A stretch of DNA of 43,616 nucleotides from an uncultured bacterium (lineage in GTDB: Bacteria > Planctomycetota > J058), in the NCBI GenBank assembly GCA_937911525.1, contig CALDQK010000773.1, forward strand, positions 1-43,616. Reading direction: 5' to 3'. Within the stretch, counting starts at the first letter, position 1, and every line of letters starts with the position of its first letter. The translations under genes and the position numbers were made by a program. The notes beneath the pieces were generated by a model. It worked only from the letters and a program-made list of their open reading frames with translations. It was not told the origin of the DNA and ran no database searches. Of the stretch, positions 27,097 to 35,393 are shown one piece after another.

Positions 27097-27108
27097 TCCC
27101 GCGGGATC
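27095..27108. repeat. perfect 14-nt palindrome GATCCCGCGGGATC
   Basis: Read directly from the sequence. It sits at the truncation point of the toxin relic, 5 nt from the stop of the convergent gene. Confidence 0.9.
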
Positions 27109-27112
27109 GTTC

Positions 27113-28150
27113 CTATCGCGCGTCCTCACCCGCTTCCCTGAGGGGGTCACCCAGGGCGGCGCGGTCCATGGCCTCGACGTCGTAGCGCAGCCAGCCGAGG
27201 TAGAAGGCCTCCCACCACTCGAAGAAGGACTTGTCGCTGTGGGGCCCGAGCACGCCGCGGTACTCCTCGTCGGCCAGGGCGCCGGCCTCCGGCCAGCGGC
27301 GGACGTTGAACTCGCCGCCCGCGTAGTCGACGTAGGTCGTCTCTCCGAAGGTCCACGAGCCGGTGTTGACGTAGGTCCCCGAACTCAGGCGGACCTGGCC
27401 GGGCTGGTGGGTGTGGCCGCACACCAGCACGTCGTAGGCGGAGCCGCGCAAGAGCGCTTCGCCGGCGTCGAGGACCCCGTTCAGGTTGCCCCACTCGCCG
27501 CGACCCCAGTAGTCGAGGAAGGCCAGGCACTCGCGGGCGCGCTCCTCGAGCCCCAGCGCGCCGTAGAGCCGCGACATCAGCTTCTGCAGCATCCCGTAGC
27601 GGAAGAACACCCAGTGGCCGAGGCGCGTGCTCCAGCAGTAGTGCTTGCGCATCGGGATCCGCACGGGCGAGCGGAGGGCCTTCTCGATCATGGCGTGGGT
27701 TCGGCTGGCCCAGAACGCGGCCCGGTCGCCGGGCTGGTTCTTGGGGTCGAACACGTTGCCGTGCTCGACCAGGATCCGCTCGCCGATCCGCAGGTTCTCG
27801 CTGTAGCGGAGCGGGAGGACCTCGGCCAGCTGGCTGGCGGACTCGTCGTGGTTGCCGCGCAGGTAGTAGACGGGCAGCTCGCGGGACAGGTCGCGCAGGT
27901 CGTCGAGGAGCGGCCGGTGGCGCTCGTAGATCCGCCGCATGCTCCAGGCCTGGGCCAGGTCGAACCCGTCGCCCGCGATCACCAGCGCGTCGTAGTCGCG
28001 CGCCACGTGCTCGAAGAAGGCGCGCAGCACGTCGTCCTGGCGCCGGAAGGGCTCGCTCGCTCCGCCGTCGCCGACGTGCATGTCGCTGATCATGGCGACC
28101 CGCTGGTCGGGCGCGATCTCGGCGGTCTTGGCGAAGGTCGGGGTCGTCAC
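27113..28150 (-). CDS. calcineurin-like metallophosphoesterase (LpxH-like family)
   Basis: Motifs DMHVGDG, AGDGFDL, GNHD, HGN and GHTH occur in canonical order. Confidence 0.8.
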   Translation of the reverse strand: MTTPTFAKTAEIAPDQRVAMISDMHVGDGGASEPFRRQDDVLRAFFEHVARDYDALVIAGDGFDLAQAWSMRRIYERHRPLLDDLRDLSRELPVYYLRGNHDESASQLAEVLPLRYSENLRIGERILVEHGNVFDPKNQPGDRAAFWASRTHAMIEKALRSPVRIPMRKHYCWSTRLGHWVFFRYGMLQKLMSRLYGALGLEERARECLAFLDYWGRGEWGNLNGVLDAGEALLRGSAYDVLVCGHTHQPGQVRLSSGTYVNTGSWTFGETTYVDYAGGEFNVRRWPEAGALADEEYRGVLGPHSDKSFFEWWEAFYLGWLRYDVEAMDRAALGDPLREAGEDAR

Positions 28151-28214
28151 ACGGGCATGCTGTCAGCGCGAGGGGACCAGGGCAAGCGCAGCCCTGGAGC
28201 GCGCCGCGCCTCGA

Positions 28215-28802
28215 TCAACCCTGCTTCTTGACGAACTGGGTGAGGATCACGATCCGCTGGCCTTCGACGCGACCCTCGATGTGCTTCGGGTTGTCGGAGA
28301 CGAGGGCGATGTTGCGCACCGCGGTCCCGCGCTTGGCCGTGAACCCGCCCCCCTTCACGTTGAGGTCCTTGACCAGGACGACCGTGTCGCCTGCTGCGAG
28401 CTCGCTGCCGTTGCTGTCGACGTGGCGGACGGCAGCCTCCTCGGCTTCCTCGGCCACGCCGGCCTCTGCCCAGGACTGCGTCTCGGGCTCCAGGTAGAGC
28501 ATGTCGAGGAGCTCTCGTGCCCAGCCTTCCGTGCCGCTCAGGCGCTTCAGCATCCGCCACGCCAGCACCTGCACGGCGGGGGTCTCGCTCCACATGCTCT
28601 CGTTCAGGCAGCGCCAGTGGTGGACGTCCAGGGCTTCGGGCTCGTCGAGCTGTTGGCGGCAAGGGTCACAGAGGTAGGCGCAAGCGTCCGCGCCCTCGGC
28701 CGCCTCACTCGCGGGCACCTCGTAGACGCCCAGCGCGTTCGCGCTCGCGCACAGCTCGCACTTGGATTCGCTGCGCTCCTGGAGCTGGGCCTCGAGGCTC
28801 AT
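28215..28802 (-). CDS. phnA: PhnA-family zinc-ribbon protein
   Basis: ATG at 28800-28802. Zinc ribbon CELC...CDPC at the N-terminus. The C-terminal domain GDTVVLVKDLNVKGGGFTAKRGTAVRNI...HIEGRVEGQRIVILTQFVKK is typical of PhnA. Confidence 0.85.
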   Translation of the reverse strand: MSLEAQLQERSESKCELCASANALGVYEVPASEAAEGADACAYLCDPCRQQLDEPEALDVHHWRCLNESMWSETPAVQVLAWRMLKRLSGTEGWARELLDMLYLEPETQSWAEAGVAEEAEEAAVRHVDSNGSELAAGDTVVLVKDLNVKGGGFTAKRGTAVRNIALVSDNPKHIEGRVEGQRIVILTQFVKKQG

Positions 28803-29050
28803 GGTGACAGCTTCCCTGCGTTGGGCGCGACGCCGGCTCGGAGCAACCTCCCCGGCGCGCGCGGGTCGGGCTGACGATACCGTCAAGCTCGCAGCGCTTG
28901 GATCGTGGGCGCGAATGGGCGCCGCGGACGGCGCGGCGACCGCCCAGCAAGTGTTTGCGCGAGTCGTCCGGCAAGCCACGAGCGTGGTCCAACGCGGGAG
29001 CTAACCACTCGCCCGGTATGCTCTGCATGCACTCTCCCACAGAGGACTCC

Positions 29051-29662
29051 ATGACACGTCTGCTCGTCTCGATCGTGCTCTGCCTCGGCCTCGCCGCCTC
29101 GGCCTCCGCCCAAGACCAAGAGCCCACCAAGCCGAGCACCGTGGCGACGGCTGACTTCAAGGTCACCCTGCCGAAGGGCTGGACCGGTCAGGCGCTGAAG
29201 ACGCCCAACGGGCCCGCCGTGCAGGCCACACACCAGGCCACCGGCTGCAACGTGCTGGTCTCGACGACCCCCTCGCCTGCGGCTGAAGACGTCAAGGGGA
29301 TCGCAACCTTGAAGCAGCGACCCGGCTTGGTCGCCCTGTCCTTCATCATGCCGATGGCGAAGAACGCGATGCAGAAGTCCGAGGCTGCGGGCGGCTCGGT
29401 CGTGGACCTGATCCACTTCGACACCATGCAGCTCGCCGGGAAGCCAGCGGGCGCGGCGCGGATCACCCTGCTCGCGATCAAGGAGGGGCAGAAGGTCGGG
29501 TCGGCGGTCCTCCACGCTGGCGCGATCCAGTCGGGTCAGCGCCTGATCTTTGGCGTCGTCGTGACGCGCTACGTCGGCCCTGGCCCGCACGATCAGGTGG
29601 CCTTCCATAAGGCGATCCTGGAGGCCTACGGCATCCTGCGGGGCGTCGAGCCCCTCCAGTAA
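29051..29662 (+). CDS. secreted hypothetical protein (203 aa)
   Basis: ATG preceded by AGAGGA. The signal peptide is LLVSIVLCLGLAASASA-QD. I recognise no family. Confidence 0.55.
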   Translation: MTRLLVSIVLCLGLAASASAQDQEPTKPSTVATADFKVTLPKGWTGQALKTPNGPAVQATHQATGCNVLVSTTPSPAAEDVKGIATLKQRPGLVALSFIMPMAKNAMQKSEAAGGSVVDLIHFDTMQLAGKPAGAARITLLAIKEGQKVGSAVLHAGAIQSGQRLIFGVVVTRYVGPGPHDQVAFHKAILEAYGILRGVEPLQ

Positions 29663-29731
29663 GAGCCGCGCTGGGCCCGAGCGAGGGCAAGAGGGCGCAG
29701 ACCTGCGCCTGCGCCCTCCCGCCAGAGGCTC

Positions 29732-30223
29732 CTAGAACCCGACCCGGTCCCCGTCCCAGAGCGCGACCTCGATCCCGTAGCCGGTGGGGTCCTTGACGTA
29801 CCAGCTCGTCGAGTGGGCGTACTCGATCGCGGCGCCGCCCCAGTCGAGCTCGACCTGCTCGCGCGCGACGGTCGCCTCCCAGGCGGCGCGGTCGGTGATC
29901 CGCAGCGCGAAGTGGTTGATCCCGTGCAGGCGCTCGGAGCGGCGCTCCATGTTGCCGATCAGCTGCCAGTCGGCGTGCTCGTAGCAGCAGAGCATGGCGT
30001 CGCCGCTGCGCAGGATCGCCCAGGGGGTGCCGTCGTCCTGGACGCCCTCCTCAACGAGCTCGAAGCCGAACACGCGGGCATACCAGTCGCGCGTCTGGGC
30101 CAGGTCGGTGACCGAGAGGTTCAGGTGGTCGAGGTGGCGCAGGCCGAGGGACTGGCTCTGGGCGGCGGCGGGGCTCTGCGCGGCGGTCGGGGTCGAGGTC
30201 CGGGCGGAAGTGTGGGTCGTCAT
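29732..30223 (-). CDS. VOC-family (glyoxalase/bleomycin-resistance/dioxygenase) protein
   Basis: LDHLNLSVTDLAQTRDWYARVFGFE...INHFALRI...YVKDPTGYGIEV is the paired beta-alpha-beta-beta-beta module signature. Confidence 0.75.
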   Translation of the reverse strand: MTTHTSARTSTPTAAQSPAAAQSQSLGLRHLDHLNLSVTDLAQTRDWYARVFGFELVEEGVQDDGTPWAILRSGDAMLCCYEHADWQLIGNMERRSERLHGINHFALRITDRAAWEATVAREQVELDWGGAAIEYAHSTSWYVKDPTGYGIEVALWDGDRVGF

Positions 30224-30366
30224 GGTGGGGCTCCTGTCCCAAGTGCAGGGGCAAGGATCGCTGCTCTCGCCGCTGTGTCGACGATTTGGTCCGCAGGAGG
30301 ACAGGCGTCCGCTTCCCGGACTCAGGCACGGCTTTCCAGTAGCTTGGGCGCCTCTGGGAGGGCTCT

Positions 30367-30717
30367 ATGAAGCTGCAGTCGGTCAAGTTCATGCTCATGG
30401 TCGAGAACATGGCGCGGGCGGTCGCCTTCTACCGCGACACGATCGGGCTCTCGCTGGCGTCCGAGTCCCCCTACTGGAGCGAGCTGACCCACGGGGACGC
30501 GATCGTGGCGCTGCACGGGGGGCGCGAGGACAGCGCGCACCGCGCGACGGGGCTCTCGTTCACCGTCTCGGACATTCACGGGGCGGTGCAGGAGGTCGCG
30601 CAGGGCGGGGGCAAGGTGCTCGCGGCCCCCGAGGACCGCGAGGGCGAGCCGATCTGGCTGGCCGACTGCGAGGACCCCGAGGGCAACGGGTTCATGCTCT
30701 CGATGCCCAAGGACTAG
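30367..30717 (+). CDS. VOC-family (glyoxalase-like) protein
   Basis: FMLMVENMARAVAFYRDTIGL...CEDPEGNGFML is the signature of this family. Confidence 0.75.
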   Translation: MKLQSVKFMLMVENMARAVAFYRDTIGLSLASESPYWSELTHGDAIVALHGGREDSAHRATGLSFTVSDIHGAVQEVAQGGGKVLAAPEDREGEPIWLADCEDPEGNGFMLSMPKD

Positions 30718-30770
30718 TCCGCGCCTCGGGCGGCGTAGCCCCGCCCGCTCGGCCCGCATAACGTGGTCGG

Positions 30771-32558
30771 GTGGACTACGTGATCCGGATCGCGTCGGGG
30801 GTCGAGGCGGGCAAGCGGATCCCGCTCCCGGCCGGCGGGGAGGAGCCGATCGTGCTCTCGCTGGGGCGGGACCGCGCCAGCAACGTGCGCTTCCCCGACC
30901 AGACCATGTCCCGCCGCCAGGCCGAGCTGCGCTGGGAGGGCGGCGCCTGGCACCTGCTCAACCTGAGCAAGCACGGCAGCTACCTGGGGCGCAAGAAGCT
31001 CGCGCCCGGCAAGCAGCGGCGGCTGCGGCCCGGCGACCGGCTGGTGCTCGGCGAGACCGAGCTGAGCTTCGAGGCCGAGGCCGCGCCCACGATCCACGAC
31101 ACCTTCACCCCGCGCGCGCCGAGCGTGGCGGGGCCCTCGAGCCGGGCGGGCTTCGACCCCGAGGGGCGCTTCCACTCGGGCCAGACGATGCTCTCGCTCG
31201 ACGAAGCCGCGCACCGCTCCTTCCTCTACCTGCTCAAGGACGAGGACGGTCACGCGCGCCTGCAGCTCAAGCGGCGGCGGCTCTACTTCCTCGGCGTGCT
31301 GGGCGTGCTGGGCGTCGTCGGGCTGGCCCTCTTGTTCCTGCGCGTGCTCGTCCCCGCCTACCGCGCCCACCCCGAGGGCCTGCGCCTCGCGACCCTGCTC
31401 GCCCTCGGCCCGGCGGTCCCCTACCTGCTCTTCTGCAAGTTCCTCGACCGCAACGACCAGGTCCCCTGGAAGAACCTGCTGGCCTGCTTCGTGTGGGGCG
31501 GCACGATCGGCTGCGGCTTCTCACTCCTGCTCAACGGGCTGGGGCGCGAGGTGATCGCGGACTTCGTCGGCACCGGCCAGGCCTACACCGCGTCCGCCGT
31601 CCTGATCGCGCCCCTGATCGAGGAGGTCGCCAAGGGGCTGGCGGTGCTCGTCCTGTTCTGGATCCTGCGCGACGAGTTCGACAACCTGCTCGAGGGCCTG
31701 ATCCTCGGCGCCGCCAGCGGGCTCGGCTTCGCCATCGTCGAGAACTGCATCTACAACCTGCGCTTCCTGCAGGAGGGGCAAGAGACCCTCTGGCTGCTGG
31801 GCGGCTACCGGATCGTGGTCAACGCCCTGATCGGGCACCCGGTCTACACCGCGCTGACGGGCGCCGGACTGGGGCTCTACCGCGGCACCCCGCGCAAGCG
31901 ACGCTGGCGCTGGCTCCTGCCGATCGTGGGCCTCCTGGCCGCGATCGCCCTGCACGTGGCTTGGAACGCGACCGCGGTCTACCTCGGCGGGACCTTCGGC
32001 GACGACCAGGGGCGCCAGGCCCTGATCACCCACACCGTGTTCCTGGGCGGCGCAGGGCTGGCGGTGTTCCTGAGCGCCTACCTGTGGGCCGGACGCCGCG
32101 AGCGGCGGGTGCTCGTGACCTACCTCGTGGAGGAGATCGAGGCCGGCTTCGTGTCGCGGCGCGAGCTGGACTCCTTCCACGAGTTCCTGGGGCGCTTCCG
32201 CTACGAGGCGGGCGGGCTGCGCAAGGGCTGGCGCGCCTATCGCCTGCGCAAGGCGCTGCGGCGCGCCCAGGTCGAGCTGGCCTTCCGCAAGTGGCACCTC
32301 GCCCAGGGCGACGAGGTCCAGGACGCGGGCGGCGTCGACCTCTCGATCCGCGACCTCCGCGATCGAATCCGCGACCTGCGCAACGCCCTGCGCCACTACT
32401 TCCCGCTCGAGAAGGCGATCCCGACCCCGCCGCCCGGGGCCATGACCCGGCTGCCGGAGCTGGACACCCAGCAAGACGTGGAGGAAGCCTGCGAAGAGAC
32501 CGCGGACCCGGCCCAGCCGGATCAGTCCGTGGAGGACTCCGACTCGGCCTCGGGCTGA
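30771..32558 (+). CDS. FHA domain fused to PrsW-family intramembrane protease
   Basis: The FHA domain reads SLGRD...MSRRQAEL...NLSKHGSYL. PrsW motifs are present: IEEVAKGL (EExxK), GFAIVEN, GHPVYTALTG and HVAWN, embedded in multiple TM helices. Confidence 0.8.
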   Translation: MDYVIRIASGVEAGKRIPLPAGGEEPIVLSLGRDRASNVRFPDQTMSRRQAELRWEGGAWHLLNLSKHGSYLGRKKLAPGKQRRLRPGDRLVLGETELSFEAEAAPTIHDTFTPRAPSVAGPSSRAGFDPEGRFHSGQTMLSLDEAAHRSFLYLLKDEDGHARLQLKRRRLYFLGVLGVLGVVGLALLFLRVLVPAYRAHPEGLRLATLLALGPAVPYLLFCKFLDRNDQVPWKNLLACFVWGGTIGCGFSLLLNGLGREVIADFVGTGQAYTASAVLIAPLIEEVAKGLAVLVLFWILRDEFDNLLEGLILGAASGLGFAIVENCIYNLRFLQEGQETLWLLGGYRIVVNALIGHPVYTALTGAGLGLYRGTPRKRRWRWLLPIVGLLAAIALHVAWNATAVYLGGTFGDDQGRQALITHTVFLGGAGLAVFLSAYLWAGRRERRVLVTYLVEEIEAGFVSRRELDSFHEFLGRFRYEAGGLRKGWRAYRLRKALRRAQVELAFRKWHLAQGDEVQDAGGVDLSIRDLRDRIRDLRNALRHYFPLEKAIPTPPPGAMTRLPELDTQQDVEEACEETADPAQPDQSVEDSDSASG

Positions 32559-33397
32559 GCCTCGTCCGCGGGCTGCTCTCCCTTGGGCTGCTCGTCTTCC
32601 GCCTGCTCACGGCGCAGGTCCTGCAGCCAAGCGTCCTCGCGGCGCTGGAGCTCGCGCTCGCGCTCGGCCCAGGCCTCGAGGCGCTCCTTCTCCGCGTCGG
32701 GCGAGACCTCCGCCTGGTCCTTGACCGTCTTGGGGCGCGCCGGAGTCGGCGGCAGCGAGGGCGCTTGCGCGGGCTGCTGCGCGCCGGGCCGCGCGGCCGG
32801 CGGAGCGGGGCGCTCCTCCGCCGAGGCCTTGGGCTGGCGAGCCTGGGCGCGAGTGCGAATCGCAGGCGCCGTGGTCTCCCGCGGCGCGCGCTTGTGGGTC
32901 GGCTGGCTCCCGTTCAGGAGCACCAGCCCGCCCACCACGAGCAAGAGCAGCGGGAGCGCGGCCAGGAGCGCGGCCGGCATCGGGCGGCTGGCGACGTGGC
33001 GCTGGCTGCTCGCGGAGCGAGAGCGGTCCGGGTGGACGGTGGCGCTGCTGCCGTAGGGGAGGAGGCCCGAGCCCGTCGAGTGCTTCAGTCGCTGCGAGGC
33101 GCGCCGCTGCCGGCGGCTGGTCTTGCGCCGCACGATCCGGTCGGTCTTGGACTGGAGCCTGCGCGTGGTCGGACGCACTCGCGGCTGGGCCGGCGGCTTG
33201 GGGAGGTTGGGACCGCGCTCGACCGGGGGGAGCAGCTCGTAGCCAGGGTCGGGCAGGCGAGCCGAATCACCCCAGCCAGCGTCACCCCAGCCAGCGTCAC
33301 CCCAGCCAGCGTCACCCGAGCCAGCGTCACCCGAGCCAGCGTCCGAGCTGGGCTGGGCGGGGTGGGTGCGGGGGGTTGGGTCTTGGTCTTCGCCCAC
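32522..33397 (-). CDS. hypothetical single-pass membrane protein, largely disordered, with DAG(S/W)G repeats
   Basis: GTG start. GC3-rich along the whole frame. Central TM helix AALLAALPLLLLVVGGLVLL, a basic N-terminal half and an acidic coiled C-terminal half. An alternative ATG lies just before the TM helix. Confidence 0.45.
   Translation of the reverse strand: MGEDQDPTPRTHPAQPSSDAGSGDAGSGDAGWGDAGWGDAGWGDSARLPDPGYELLPPVERGPNLPKPPAQPRVRPTTRRLQSKTDRIVRRKTSRRQRRASQRLKHSTGSGLLPYGSSATVHPDRSRSASSQRHVASRPMPAALLAALPLLLLVVGGLVLLNGSQPTHKRAPRETTAPAIRTRAQARQPKASAEERPAPPAARPGAQQPAQAPSLPPTPARPKTVKDQAEVSPDAEKERLEAWAERERELQRREDAWLQDLRREQAEDEQPKGEQPADEAQPEAESESSTD
33268..33342. repeat. 15-bp tandem repeat x5 (CACCC[C/G]AGCCAGCGT)
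   Basis: Read directly from the sequence: three copies with C followed by two with G at the variable position. It encodes DAGWG x3 and DAGSG x2 on the minus strand. Confidence 0.95.
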
Positions 33398-33430
33398 GGG
33401 GCTCCCGGTGAGGGTCGGTACACGGGTAAA

Positions 33431-33492
33431 GACTCAGTGGCTGAGGCGGCCACTGAGTCCCCGGCGTCATGAGCGTCCCCTGCCCTGACGCC
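33431..33492. other. two adjacent stem-loops in the non-coding gap
   Basis: GACTCAGTGG-N9-CCACTGAGTC is a perfect 10-bp stem at 33431-33459. GGCGTCA-N16-TGACGCC lies at 33463-33492. Confidence 0.5.
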
Positions 33493-33656
33493 GCCCGATA
33501 GAGAACTACAGTGCAAGGGGGCATCCAGAGCGCTAAGTCCCTAAAAGCCATGGAATCCGTCCGCTCAGGACGCGCGGCCGCGAACGGAGTGCGCGTTGTC
33601 TCTGGGAAGGCGCGAACGCCGTGCACGATGTGGAAGGGGGCTGAGACGAAGGGGCC

Positions 33657-34136
33657 TTAGCGGCTGGTGACGTCCAAGCGCAGCAGCCAGGGCGCCGCCA
33701 GCTCGGCCCTTCGCCAATAGAACACCGCCTCCAGCGCCTTCTCCCGCTCCCGCGCCCGACCTTCGCGGTTGAGCTCCTCCTGGGTGAAGCGGACGTAGGT
33801 CCGCCCCCGCAGTCGGCTGGAGTCGAGGGTCACCCGGGTGACCCGCGGATTGCGCATGTTGAGCCGCTCGGGTTGGAGCCCGAAGGCGCGCTGGACCAGA
33901 CGCTGTGCGGCGGCGCTCTCTGCGGGCTGGCTGGAGTCGGCCCGGGCGAAGCTCGCCGCCTGGGCGAAGTCCTTGAACTGGAGCGCCTCGAGCAGCTCGC
34001 GCGCGCGCTTCCGCAGCGCCTGCTCGGCGGGGTCCTGACCCAGGGCCGGGACCCCAGCCATTCGCCCGTCCTGCCAGGCGAGCAGGCCGCCGCCCAGCAC
34101 GAGCACGCAGAACAGGAGCGCGACGACGGTCTTCAC
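33657..34136 (-). CDS. membrane-anchored hypothetical protein (159 aa)
   Basis: N-terminal TM helix or signal anchor VVALLFCVLVLGGGLLAW. It lies 26 nt downstream of accA on the same strand. Confidence 0.55.
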   Translation of the reverse strand: MKTVVALLFCVLVLGGGLLAWQDGRMAGVPALGQDPAEQALRKRARELLEALQFKDFAQAASFARADSSQPAESAAAQRLVQRAFGLQPERLNMRNPRVTRVTLDSSRLRGRTYVRFTQEELNREGRAREREKALEAVFYWRRAELAAPWLLRLDVTSR

Positions 34137-34162
34137 GCTCCGATCCTAACGGGGAGGGTCCC

Positions 34163-35182
34163 CTACTCGCTGGCCTCGTCCTCGGGCACGACCTCGCCCG
34201 CGGCGATCAACTGGCCGCGCTCGCGGTAGACGCCGATCCGGCGCACCTTCTGGTAGCGCCGCTCGAGCAGCTCCTCGAGGGGCAAGTCGACGATCTCGTC
34301 GAGGTGGCGCGAGATCGCCTCGGCCAGCCGGCCGCAGGCCTCGGCCGGGGCCTGGTGGGCGCCGCCCAGGGGCTCCTCGACGACCTCGTCGACGATCTTG
34401 AAGCCCAAGAGGTCCTTGGCGGTCAGCTTGAGGATCGTGGCGGCCTTGGTCGCGTAGTCGCCCGACTTCCAGAGGATCGAAGAGCAGCCCTCGGGCGAGA
34501 TCACCGAGTAGTAGCTGTTCTCGAGCATCAAGACCCGGTCGCCGACGCCGATCCCGAGCGCGCCGCCGCTGCCGCCCTCGCCGATCACGGCGCACACGAC
34601 AGGGGTCTTGAGACGCGCCATCTCCAGGATGTTGCGCGCGATCGCGTGCGCCTGACCGCGCTCCTCGGCCTCGAGGCCGGGGTAGGCGCCGGGCGTGTCG
34701 ATCATGGTCACGATCGGGATCCGGAACTTCTCGGCCAGGCGCATCTTGTGCAGCGCCTTGCGGTAGCCCTCGGGGTGGGGGCTGCCGAAGTTGTAGGTGA
34801 TCCGGTCCTTGGTGTTCTTGCCCTTGCGCTGGCCGATCACCATCACCGAGCGCCCGTTGAGCTTGGCGAAGCCGGTGAAGATCGCCGCGTCCTCGCCGCT
34901 GGTGTAGTCGCCGTGCAGCTCGAGGGGCTCGTCGAAGACCTGCTGGAGGTAGTCCGAGAACACGGGCCGGTTCTGGTGACGGGCGAGCTGGATCCGCTCC
35001 CAGGGCGTCAGGCGGTCCACCACCTCGCGCTGCAGCTCGGCGCAGCGCTGACGAAGCTGGTCGATCTGACCGCTCAGGTCGATCTCGGTCGACTCGGCGA
35101 AGCTCTGCAGCTCTTCGATCTTGCGTTGCAGCTCGAGGACGGGGCCCTCGAAGGCCAGCTCGGGCGTCAGGGAGTCAGCCAT
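34163..35182 (-). CDS. accA: acetyl-CoA carboxylase carboxyltransferase subunit alpha
   Basis: Near-canonical AccA blocks are present: LTPWERIQLARHQNRP, NFGSPHPEGYRKALHKMRLAEKFRIPIVTMIDTPGAYPG, AVIGEGGSGGALG and SVISPEGCSSILWK. Confidence 0.95.
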   Translation of the reverse strand: MADSLTPELAFEGPVLELQRKIEELQSFAESTEIDLSGQIDQLRQRCAELQREVVDRLTPWERIQLARHQNRPVFSDYLQQVFDEPLELHGDYTSGEDAAIFTGFAKLNGRSVMVIGQRKGKNTKDRITYNFGSPHPEGYRKALHKMRLAEKFRIPIVTMIDTPGAYPGLEAEERGQAHAIARNILEMARLKTPVVCAVIGEGGSGGALGIGVGDRVLMLENSYYSVISPEGCSSILWKSGDYATKAATILKLTAKDLLGFKIVDEVVEEPLGGAHQAPAEACGRLAEAISRHLDEIVDLPLEELLERRYQKVRRIGVYRERGQLIAAGEVVPEDEASE

Positions 35183-35393
35183 GGAACAGCTCCTATCCGG
35201 CTGGCACAGGGGGCGTGGGCGGCGGCGTCGACCGCGCGCCGGGACCGGCTGGTGCCTGCCGGGAATTTGGCGGGCGGGATCCTAACCGAAGCTCTGGGAA
35301 AGAGAACAGCGCGGATCCGCCGCCGGACCAGGCCCGCAGGCGTCACTACGCAATGCCGCCCAGGCGGGCTAAGGTGAGCGTCCTGGAGGAAGC

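Noticed and set aside
27095-27108. Palindrome GATCCCGCGGGATC considered as an intrinsic terminator
   Set aside because: It is a perfect palindrome with no loop and no following T-tract on either strand. I kept it only as a marker of the toxin-gene truncation point.
33268-33342. 15-bp tandem repeats considered as a CRISPR array or mini-array
   Set aside because: The repeats are contiguous with no spacers, too short, and lie in frame inside a GC3-biased ORF. No cas genes are present in the window.
35200-35215. TGGCAC hexamer upstream of the divergent accA/peptidase promoters, considered as a sigma-54 -24 element
   Set aside because: The sequence 5 nt downstream reads GCGT rather than TTGC, so there is no -12 element at the required spacing.
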